From Chiloscyllium plagiosum (taxonomy: Eukaryota): a DNA stretch of 64,000 bases. The DNA is taken from positions 1,795,824 through 1,859,823 of the forward strand of contig NC_057750.1 in NCBI RefSeq assembly GCF_004010195.1, given 5' to 3'. The notes below the pieces were generated by a model. That model was not told where the DNA came from. It made no database searches and saw only the letters and a list, made by a program, of their open reading frames with translations. Below are positions 25,101-37,100 of the stretch, piece after piece (positions within the stretch are counted from its first letter, which is position 1; the number at the start of each line of letters is the position of its first letter). Both the position numbers and the translations under genes were made by a program.

Positions 25101-28100
25101 CAGCCACCTGGTGAAGGAACAGCGCTCCGAAAACTAGCGCTTCCAATTAAACCTGTTGGACCATAACCTGGTGTTGTGTGATTTTTAACTTCTCAGAAAA
25201 CTAATCTTATTGCAACACTGAGACAGGCAATCACTTACTCTTGGTTCACCTCTCAGTAAATTTCCAAGTTTTGCTGCTGCTTTCCATTTGACCCAGGCAC
25301 TCATTTATAATTTTAAATTATTTGTTCATGAGATATGGGGATAATAATAGGGTATTATTTATCACTTATCCCTAAAGGGACAGTTAAGCGTCACAGTAAT
25401 ATTACTGTGGGTCTGGAGTTGGATGCAGGACAGACTAGGTAAGAATGGCAGATCTCCTTCCCTGGATGATAGATTTCTTCTCTAAAGGACATCAGTGAGC
25501 CAGATGGATTTTTACAATTGATAGTGGTTACATAGTCATCATTTGGCCAGTTTATATTCTAGATTTTTATTGAATTCAGATTATGCCATTTGCTTTATTG
25601 GGATTCGAATCCATGAGCCCAGAGCGTTAGCCTGAGGATTTGGAATATTAGTCCAGTGATTAACATTACATCAGTGTCTCCCTCAAGCGGAATAGAATAT
25701 CAAAACTTATTTTTCTCTGTCCTGTGAAGCATTCCATATGTTTTCCATTAACACACAACAAACTTTTCTACCTGGGCAATTTTGATTGTAACTTTTCTTT
25801 AAAATTTGGCTTACTGGTAAAAGACCATTCACTTCTATTCTCATTTGTGGTTCCAAACTGTGGCCCTTTTACTGTACTTTGTATGCTGTTTCGTTACTAA
25901 TAAGCCAGCTGCATAACCTCCCATTTATTTTAAAAAATCATTTAAACACATTTACAGCCAAGTTCTGACGCTGTATCTAGTGACTGCCAGCAAACAGATG
26001 GGCTTCCTCCGTTAGGTGCAACGTGACCGGTTATAGATTTTATTCTGTCAAATGGGAAAGTTCTAGACCTCCTCTGGAGCCTTCAGCTGGTAAATCAACT
26101 GAGATCATCAGTGTCAAGGTATTGTAATGTCTGCTCCATGTGCAGTATGAAATGGCACCAAATGAGGTGATGTCTTAGCATGGGGAGGATTGACTAGCTA
26201 ATGGCAGAGAAGAGATGAATGGTTCATTTTCAGGTTGTCAAGCTGTCACTAAGGAATACCATGCAAATCAATTCTAGGGGGCTCAAATATATACCTACCA
26301 TATCAATGATGTGGATGAAGGGACTTGAATATGTAATAAATTTGCTGATAATATATTGTTGGGAAGTAAGTAGAGAGCACAAGAGTCTGCAAAGGGATTT
26401 ATGCAGACTAAGTGATCAGACAAAAAGTTCAGTATAATGTAGGAAAACATGAACTTATCCACTTTAGCAGGAAGAATCGAAAAATCAGTGTATTACTTGA
26501 AAGGAAAGCAACTGTGGAATGTGACAGAGGGATCTGGGTATCCTGGTCCATGAATCAAATGACATATTTGCATATCATTGAGGAGGTTCGTTGAAGATTA
26601 ACATTTATTGTAAAGGGAATAGGGTCTAAAAATAGGGAAGTGTTATTGCTGTTATGCAGGATTTTAATCCAACCACCTCTGGAGTATTGTGTACAGTTTT
26701 GGTCTCCTTAAGAATATAATTCCATCAGGAGCAGTTCAGAGAAAGTTCACTGGTTCCTGAGATGAAGTGGTTATCTTTTGAAGATTGAATTAGTTGAGTC
26801 CATACCCAGTAGCATTTAGAAGAATTAGAGATGACCTTCTTGAAACATAGGATCTTAAAGGGACGTGACAGGGTGGATGCTGAGGATGTTGCAGTAATGT
26901 GAAGGACTCTAGAACTGGGGACATTTTTAAAAAGGCATCTCAATTAGAAGCAAATATAGTGAATGCGGGCTATCTGAAATAAAAACAAAAATTTTTGGAG
27001 AATCTCAGTATGTCTGGCAGTATCTGTGGATAGATGAACAGTTATCCATTCAAGGAGAGGCCTAGTTGCTGGACAGTTAAACCAGAGAGGAGAAAGTGAG
27101 GACTGCAGGTGCTGGAGATCAGAGTCACAAAGTGTGATGCTAGAAAAGCACAGCCAGTGAGGCAAAATTCAAAGAGTACGAAGATCGACATTTCGAGCGT
27201 AAGCTCTTCAGGAATTATAGAATGAATTGTATTTTTGACTGATGAGGGTTATGGGGCAAGAACTGGAAAGTGAAGTTGAAGCTGTGATCTTATTGATTGG
27301 TGCAGGTTGAAGCGGCTGAATGCCTTCCATTTCTTGTGTTTAGTAATTATCCAATCATTTGAGGAAATTAAGGAGGGTCTCTTAACAGTGTGGTGAGATT
27401 CTGAAAGTTATTATCGTGTGAAGTGGTCTAGATGGATAGACTGGAAACTTTTGAGATGAAACTAGATAAACTTTGAAGGAGAAAAGAGTAAAGGATACTG
27501 CTGAGAGAATGAGCTGAGGAGAAATGAGACGAGGCTCTTTTGATGCATAAACGCCAAGCATTCTTGAGGTGCTGTGTGGCCTGCTCTGAAAGCAGAATAG
27601 ATCGTCTGAAGAGCATATTTTGTAAGTATAGTTTCAAACCTTTGAATTGATGTTTCTGAAAATATAGAAGTTGAAATGAGTTTGTGCAAGTATTTTAAAT
27701 CATTCTGTGCAGTACAACCAGTCCTATAGTCCAATTAAGAGCATGAGCAGCTCAGAACTCCAATCTTGGACCTTTAAAAGCTGCCAAGTTTCTCAGTTAG
27801 TTGTCACTGTTCAATGTGAAATTGCAGTATAGGCAAACACAGATGGTACCTTTTACTACTGCAGTGGCTGGAATGATGAGGAAATTGCTGTTGACCTCAG
27901 TACCCATGAGCTCGTGACATGAAATATTAGCACAATTACTCATTTGAGGGGCATTTGGTAGAGGTAGAGCAAGGCATAATCCTGCCCTCTATATGATGTG
28001 AAGGCAGGAAAATCCAATATTGAAGTATTTTCCAAAAAAAAGTAATGCTGAGGTTCCCCCTAAAATGAGTGATCTACTAATGAGTATAGTCTCAGGATAG

Positions 28101-31100
28101 CAGCTAATTTCTAAACTAGGTGGTGGAAAATTTCAGTATTGTTGCACATGCTCACTGTACATTAGCCCCTATAGTATTGTACATAGTGTTTCATCAAGGC
28201 TTTAACTATTTAATCTAATCTAAACAAATGGAGTACTGACACAACAGACCCATGAGTGAGTGCCATAAAGTTAGTAGCACTCAGTGAATGGTAACCCAGA
28301 AAATGTAGAGGAGGGAAATTAGCTAAATGTAACCTCATTTGCGTGAATAAGCTATAATTGTCCTTTTATCTGAGAGTCTTGTTCTGTGGCAGTGTTTCTC
28401 AAACTTCTATTTTGATTGTAAGGTATCCTTTTCAAATGATTTAGTGATCCCTGATTTCCCCATCCTGTAGATATAATCGCACCATGAAACTGCTGCATGT
28501 AGAATGTTTTAATACTGCCTTTGAGTGCACAGGCATTCACTAACCTATCAATGCGAGGTACTGTTTCTCACTACAAACTCCCTTGCAGAGGGACCAGGAG
28601 AGTATACCTCTGGCTACTACTCATACCAAATTCAAGTTGTAAAAGAGTCATGTTAAGACTTGAAACTTCTAACTCTCTCTTTCCACAGATGCTGCCAGAC
28701 CTGTTGAGTTTGGCCAGCACTTTGTCTGTATTTCAGATTTGTGGCATCTGCTTTATTTTGCTTTTATTTGAGTGCTATTCATTCATTTTGCTGTTAACCA
28801 TGCCGCAAGTCTTTGTAGGCCCCATTGCGAGAATTGTTAGCAAATGTAAACTTCTGTAAACCAAGGCTAATAAAGTACATTCTCCCTTCTGTGAATTATT
28901 TTGCATTTTTGACTTTGTAAATAGTGAAGTTACTTGGTGTTCAGGTTTCACTATCTGTGATCTACTGTTTTTGAGTAGCCCTTGGTTTTAACATAGTTGA
29001 GTGTTTGTTAAGCAGAATGTCCCACCTTTAGTTGAAGTCTGTGTTTAGATGTCAAACATTGTTTATGCTGTGGAAAGATGGCTTTACTTTTTAGAATATT
29101 CTAATTCCAATATTCATTACAAAAGGGAGTTTGAAAGAGTCCTTTCTTTTAATTGCCTTGTGCACCTATTCAATATTTTATGCATTTGAACCTTCCAATT
29201 ATCACTTGTGTGAGAGATGTTTTTGCTCTTTCACGTCATACTTTTTAGATCTTCTCAGATATGTTGAGATTCTTGAGTCCTGTCTTAAATCTCACAGCAC
29301 GAATAGTCAGAGTAATGTCAGTGACAATTCTGCACGTCATCCAAAAACAGCAGTTGATGTTAGATAAATTAATCTTAAAATTGAGAGTTTTTGTAAAGCA
29401 AAGGTATTACGAGAGATGGACCATATATGGAGTTAGGCCATAGCTCAGCCATGATCTCATTGAATGATGGGACAGGCTTGAGGTGCTGAGTGGCCTTCTC
29501 CTGTTCCTAGTTATCCCTCAGCTTAATTTAACCAAAGTTTTGAAGTATGTTAGAGGTGGTGTTCGTACAGAGTATAATATTTCTGGTGTAATATTTGGTG
29601 CTGTTAGAGCACTGAGTATTTATCTTTCTGGCTCTAGATTTTTCAGCCAGGAGGACTGAAGGCATTTCAGGAAGTGGGCAAGTGTTACATTGAATATATT
29701 TCAGTTACTTTGAAAAGGAGCATGTACCTGATTTGTTTATGCAGCTTCAGCTGGAGCCCATGCATTATCTATTTAGACTGCTGAGGCCCTGTTAGTGTTC
29801 ACAATAGTAGCTAGGATTCTAAAATAGTCAATTGAAATGCATAACCATATCTATTAACAACAAAGAAAGAGAGGCTAACTTGTAATTTAAACAGAGCTGG
29901 GAAGCTAATTACTCTTGCAGGGCTGAACACTTGAAGCTCTCATTTTAGGCATTATTTTTTGTTTTGCCACAGAGGGTGGTGGTGGTGGAGGGTTGTTTTT
30001 CAGGCTGGAGGTCTGTGACCAGTGGAGTGCCACAAGGATCGGTGCTGGGCCCTCTACTTTTTGTCATTTACATAAATGATTTGGATGTGAGCATAAGAGG
30101 TACAGTTAGTAAGTTTGCAGATGACACCAAAATTGGAGGTGTAGTGGACAACAAAGAGGGTTACCTCAGATTACAACAGGATCTGGACCAGGTGGGCCAA
30201 TGGTCTCAGAAGTGGCAGATGGAGTTTAATTCAGATAAATGCGAGGTGCTGCATTTTGGGAAAGCAAATCTTAGCAGGACTTATACACTTAATGGTAAGG
30301 TCCTAGGGAGTGTTGCTGAACAAAGAAACCTTGGAGTGCAGATTCTAGCTCCTTGAAAGGGGAGTCGCAGGTAGATAGGATAGTGAAGGAGGTGTTTGGT
30401 ATGCTTTCCTTTATTGGTCAGAGTATTGAGTACAGGAGTTGGGAGGTCATGTTGTGGCTGTACAGGACATTGGGTAGGCCACTGTTGGAATATTGCGTGC
30501 AATTCTGGTCTCCTTCCTATCAAAGATGTTGTGAAATTTGAAAAGGTCTAGAAAAGATTTTGCAAGGATGTTGCCAGGGTTGGAGGATCTGAGCTACAGG
30601 GAGAGGCTGAACAGGCTGGGGCTATTTTCCCTGGAGCGTTGGAGGCTGAGGGGTGACCTTGTAGAGATTTACGAAATTATGAGGGGCATGGATAGGATAA
30701 ATAGGCAAAGTCTTTTCCCTGGGGTCAGGGAGTCCAGAACTAGAGGGCATAGGTTTAGGGTGAGAGGGGAAAGATATAAAAGAGACCTAAGGGGCAACTT
30801 TTTCACGCAGAGGGTGGTACATGTATGGAATGAGCTGCCAGAGGATGTGGTGGAGGCTGGTACAATTGCAACATTTAAGAGGCATTTGAATGGGTATATG
30901 AACAGGAAGAATTTGGAGGAATATGGGCCGGGTGCTGACAGGTGGGACTAGATTGGGTTGTGATATCTGGACGGCATGAACGGGTTGGACTGAAGGGTCT
31001 GTGTCCATGCTATACATCTCTATGACTCTCTAAGTTGTTTCTTATAAATTTTTCAAATAAATTAATGTGCCATTTTTAATTTTCAGTTCTCCAAGGCCAA

Positions 31101-34100
31101 ACTCAAACCAACCACAGTCCTCTCAAGCGCTCAGTTTCCCTCACCCCACCAATCAATATGACAAACCAGTCTGCAGTCAGCGAGTGGATGTCTCCAGATG
31201 ACTTACGTACCAGAGCAGTCTACGCCCCATCAGACCATGCACCTCTCTCCCCACAGAGCAGCATAGCCTCTTCTGGGAGTGGTGGCAGTGAGCAGACTGA
31301 GGAACAAGGGTCAAATCGCAATACATTTCAGGAGGAGGGGAGTGGCATGAAAGGTAAGAGATAATGACCAGGTTATCGGATCAGAAAATGTAATGGAACA
31401 GAAGTTTAAGTTGAAAGTCTACAAAAAAGTTTGGAGTAAGCTGAGAAATGGGTGCAACTTTTCATCCAGATATAGAAAAGGGTGTCAAAGTGAAAAGTAG
31501 CAATGAGGATTTTAAAAATATGGAGGTTAGCCTTAGTGAATGTAACTGGTTTGCATTGAGATTGGTGCAAGCTGCAAAAGACCAGTATGTTGGGAGACCA
31601 TTAGTGCTACCTATCCACAATCAAGGTAAAGGTAACTGAGATGAGGTGAATAGTTGGGTATGATCTGTGAAAAACCTAGTCAGTGTTACGTTGAATATGC
31701 AAGTATTTCAATTACTTTGAAAAGGAGCAACTACTGCTTGAGCAGAGCTCTGTACAGTCTCCATTCTGCAACTAACTCTCATGCCTTGCTAGTGCACAGA
31801 TTTTTATTTCGATTCAGTCTGCAGGAAAGACAGTAACGTATACATCCTTGATCACTAACTAGTAAAACGCTTGGAATAGATTCCAGTAACTGAGTATTCC
31901 ATTTATTGACCTCATTATTTTCTTGTGTATTGTAGCAGTATTATTTCGTAGCAAAATCCTCCTGGAATATTTTTCAAGAACATTAAATGGGAGTATTGTG
32001 TGCTAATAAACCTTATTTTTGCTGTAAGTTCAGAATGTTGTTCTGTAGACTGAAGAGAATTCTTTATTGAGTTCTGAAGAAAGGTCTGAAAGACTTGAAA
32101 TATTGACTGTGTATCTCTCCACAGTTTCTGCCAGACCTGCTTTTTTGTTGCTTCAGATTTCAAGTGCCTTTGAACAAATAATTTTGAAGTTATGGCCACT
32201 TTGGAAAGAAAGAGACTTTACTGGGAAATGTGACCAAAGCTCGATAATGTGTCCCTTCTGCATGGTAAATTTGTTTGGAATTGCAATGGATGTTCGAACA
32301 AATATAGCGACCAACAAAATCCTTGCAGGGACTGATTAGATGGATGATCTATTAATCTATCATAGAAGGTTTTGGTTGAGTGAAGAATGCTGCTACAAAA
32401 CTGGAAGTACTCACTGTTCTTTGAATATTCTGTTGGAACAAACAGATTTGGCATTAAAGTAAGCTCCTATCTAAAAGTTGGTTCTTTGGAACTTTAATGT
32501 ACGGAAGTTGATGGGTCTTGAAATAAGGCATCATGGCAGCTATTGATATTCACCCGAATAGTTATCCAGACTCATGCTCAAAAATGTTGTTAACTCACTA
32601 TTTGGCTAAAGGAAAAGAAATTGGGCAAGTCAGATCCTGAGCTCCTTTCCAGTGGTGGATCATTGAATAATGAGCAGGTGTGAACTGAGACACTGTTCTG
32701 GTTGTTTTGGGGGCAGAATTTAGCACATAGCAACATCGGCAGTGACATCTATGCACTTTGTTTTTTTTGTTTGTATTTTGTGTGAGGTGTTTAAAATTAT
32801 TTTATTTACCAGATTTTTAAAAAAAACCTAACATGGTTACATTTGCATTTCAACCAAATGTTCATTCTTAGTGTAGAATGTGTCCAGAGTAGTGTATGGC
32901 GGATCAGATAAAATCAGGGAGGGTGTGTCAAGTAAACAGGATGTGCATCAGTAACACTATTTTCTGATGTCCCGTGGGATTACCTGAAATTGTTTGATTA
33001 AAGTCCAGCATATGCAAATCTATTTCTGTTTCTCTGCCTATATTTTCTCCTTGTATATCTTTGCTGTCAAATACTTTAAATGTCTGGAGGTGTTACAAGA
33101 TAATAACCCATCCAGGTGTTAAGATGACATTCATAAATTGCCAGATCTATGTGCTTGGTTTGTGACACAATTTAAAATTCTATGTTTCTAATTTTGGATG
33201 CTTCAAAATATGAATGTTTTCTCGTATCCTTTTTTTAATGATCCTTTATAATCCTCAATTCGCTCTACTGTCTCAAAGTATAGAATTTATTTACTTTTGC
33301 CTAACCTAGTAATATTAGTGGTAATATCGAGAGACTGTCAGTTACATTTTAACTAATCATTTGACAAGCTCCCTTCCCTAAGTGCTGAATAATAAAACCT
33401 GAACAGGACAAAACCTATTCTTCGCTCAGACCTCCCAGTGCTATCCCCAAGCTTCTTTTGTGGATTGGTGCCAATGTGTTAGAGTAAGATTTGGAAGTAT
33501 GCCAATATGTGGAGTTCTTAATACTTCATATCTAATTTATTTATGACACGCGTTACCCTTTTGTAGTGCCATTTAGATCTAAATGCAACGTCAAGACAAA
33601 GGACTGGTTTGGAACTGTAAAGATGTCTTTGAGTTTCTTTGTAGTTCAGAATGCTACATGAAGAACTCATGCACCCATCATAACAAGTTTCTGAAACTGT
33701 ACTAATGGTAGAGGCTCCGCAAGCAAATTATGAAAATCCAAATTTACACACTAAAGAAGCTCACTTAAATTTTTCTCAAATATTTGTGCTGTTCCATGTT
33801 GTTTCTTTCTTTCCTCTAGTTTTACTAGTACTACAACCTTTTTCACCTGACTAAACTTGGGCAGCTGCCAGTGTCTGGCCAGAGCTAGGTCGTAAAAGAG
33901 TAATGTGTGTCTTGCTCTAAGATTTTCTTGTATATGGGATTACGGTGCAATTTGAAGTTTACAGCACATTCATTGTCTGTTTCGATTCAATAATTTGCTG
34001 TCAGATAATCAATGTAAAAATTAGTGTTTACTGCATACAGTTCTGATAAAATTAATTGGTCAGGAATCCATATATGTGGCCATATTTGAAGGTTGCATTC

Positions 34101-37100
34101 AATATTCACAGTCATGAGCTATTATGTCATGGAAGTATTTTTAGGTGGGTTGAGTTGCAATGCCAGTGCATTGACCTTTAGTTTCTAACTAATGAATCAC
34201 TTTTTTTTACTCTGTCTCAAATTAACGTTGCCAACAATTTTTCAATCTGTTCCCTTCCCCATTCTGATACATGTGGTAAAATTGAAAGATTAGGTACACC
34301 AAAGTATAATTCTTTTTTTCTCTCCCCCTTCTCTCTTTCCTCCTCCCTATCTTCCCCCAACTGCAAATTGATATAAAAAGACTTACAAGCAGGGGTACCT
34401 GCATCAACTTAAAGAAAGGTGTATGTTACAAATCAAATAAAAGTGGAGAAAAGTCCTTGACTGAAATGTTGATTAGAGCTGAAAATGTGTTGCTGGAAAA
34501 GCGCAGCAGGTCAGGCAGCATCCAAGGAGCAGGAGAATCGACGTTTCGGGCATGAGCCCTTCTTCAGGAATGAGGAAAGTGTGCCAAGCAGGCTAAGATA
34601 AAAGGTAGAGGGGAGGGGCGTTGGAAATGCGATAGGTGGAAAGAGGTTAAAGGTGAGGGTGATAGGCCGGAGTGAGGGTGGGGGCGGAGAGGTCAGGAAG
34701 AAGATTGCAGGTTAGGAAGATGGTGCTGAGTTCAAGGGTTGGGACTGAGACAAGGTGGGGGGGGAGGGAAATGAGGAAACTGGAAATCAGAGTTCATCCC
34801 TTGTGGTTGGAGGGTTCCTAGGCGGAAGATGAGGCACTCTTCCTCCAGCCGTCGTGTTGCTATGGTCTGGCGATGGAGGATTCCAAGGACCTGCATGTCC
34901 TTGGTGGAGTGGGAGGGGGAGTTGAAGTGTTGAGCCACGGGGTGGTTGGGTTGGTTGGTGCGGGTGTCCCAGAGGTGTTCTCTGAAACGTTCCGCAAGTA
35001 GGCAGCCTGTCTCCCTAATATAGGGAAGGCCACATCAGGTGCAGCGGATGTAGTAAATGATGTGTGTAGAGGTGCAGGTGAATTTGTGGCGGATATGGAA
35101 GGATCCCTTGGAGCCAAGTAAGGGGGGAGGTGTGGGCGCAAGTTTTGCATTTCTTGCGGTTGCAGGGGAAGGTGCCAGGAGTGGAGGTTGGGTTGATGGG
35201 GGGGTGTGGACCTGCCAAGGGAGTCACGGAGGGAGTGGTCTTTTCGGAACGCTGATAGGGGAGGGAAATATATCCCTGTGGTGGGGTCCGTTTGGAGGTG
35301 GCGGAAATGACGACAGATGATACGATGTATATATAGGTTGGTGGGGTGGGAGGTGAGGACCAGTGGGGACTCCAACTCCGGCCTATCACCCTCACCTTAA
35401 CCTCCTTCCACCTATTGCATTTCCAATGCCCCTCCCCCTGGTCACTCCTCCCTACTTTTTATCTTCACCTGCTTGGCACACTTTCCTCATTCCTGAAGAA
35501 GGGCTAATGCCCGAAACGTCGATTCTCCTGCTCCTTTGATGCTGCCTGACCTGCGCTTTTCCAGCAACACTTTTCAGCTCTGACCTCCAGCATCTGCAGT
35601 CCTCACTTTCTCCCTGAAATGTTGATTAAGCAGTAACTTGGAGGCTGTGTCAGGAACAGGAGAATGTCATTCCTCCTCCTAAAATTAATTTATCTGTCAT
35701 TGCTCCATATCCTTTGATAGCCATTTAATAAAAGTCTGTGTTGGTCTTGATCCCAGATATGATAGGAGGAAATTCAAGGTTTCCTATTACAATATGGAGA
35801 AGTAGTCCCTCACTTCAACCTAAAATTTCACCAGACGAAATGCCTTCTTTGTATCTGTCATATCAAATTACCTCTGTAATATCCTCCTCTAATCGACTAG
35901 ACTTAACGAGGTGAAGGTGGTGTGAGCCAAGTTTTGTAACTTCCCCATAAATTTAACTTGAACCTCTCTATATTATTTTCATATTTCTGCCCAAAGATCT
36001 CTCTTGAGATGTAACATCAAAGCTGGGAATTTTTTACTGCATACGCTTCGTCCCCTGTCTAGGTGACATTCTCAGTGCTTGGGAGCCTCCTGTGAAGCGC
36101 TTCTGTGATCTTTTCTCCAGCATTTATAGTGGTTTGAATCTGCCTCTTCCGGTTGTCAGTTCCAGCTGTCCGCTGCAGTGGCCGGAATATTGGGTCCAGG
36201 TCGATGTGCTTGTTGATTGAATCAGTGGATGAGTGTCATGCCTCTAGGAATTCCATGGCTGTTCTGAGAACTGACAACTGGAACCGGCAGATTCAAACCA
36301 CTATAAATGCCAGAGAAAAGATCACAGAAGCGCTTCAGAGGAGGCTCCCAAGCACTGAGAATGTCACCGCGACAGAGGACGAAACGTCTGCAACACAAAT
36401 TCCCAGCTCGGCGAACAGAACCACAACAACGAGCACCCGAGCTACAAATCTTCGCACAAACTTTGAATGTGACATCTAAAATTGAATGCACTCTTTTAGT
36501 TGAGATCTTACTGAGGCTCTTAAGCACTGCAGGTAGTCTTCCTTCTCTTTTATATCAAGGAAGCTGAAATGCAAAACTGACATTCTGTGAGCTTTTTGAT
36601 GAAACTGTATCCGTCACTGCCTCTTAACTCCAATTTTGGCCTCTTGAGCATTCACTGCTTCACCAGTGGATTTCTGTTCTCTCATATCTAGCTTTCCAGT
36701 CTGGAATTGCCGCCTTGTAGTCCTGTTTCCCCCTTTCATTTTAAAATTCTCCTCAAAATGTCTAAACTGCATCAAGATTTGCATCAAGACTTGTAGCTCG
36801 GGTGCCAACTGTCGTGGTTGTGGGTATGTTCGCCGAACTGGGAAGTTAATTTGCAGATGTTTCATCCCCTGTCTAGGTGACATGTTCAGTGCTTTGGAAC
36901 CTCCTGTGCACATGACGTGTATAGGGTATTTTGTCCTGTGAGGAGTTGTCTGAGTGTGGCTGTCGGTTAACATGTGCAAGGCTAACAATTTACAGGATTC
37001 CATGCAAAGACTACACAAAACACTATAGGACAAACAGGCAGGCAACTAGCAATCACTAACCACATCCACAAACACCAAGTAGCCACTAAATGCCACAATC

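Noticed and set aside
29964..30951. Possible active reverse transcriptase gene (also 54854-55956)
   Set aside because: 5'-truncated and frameshifted CR1 ORF2 fragments with no endonuclease or ORF1.
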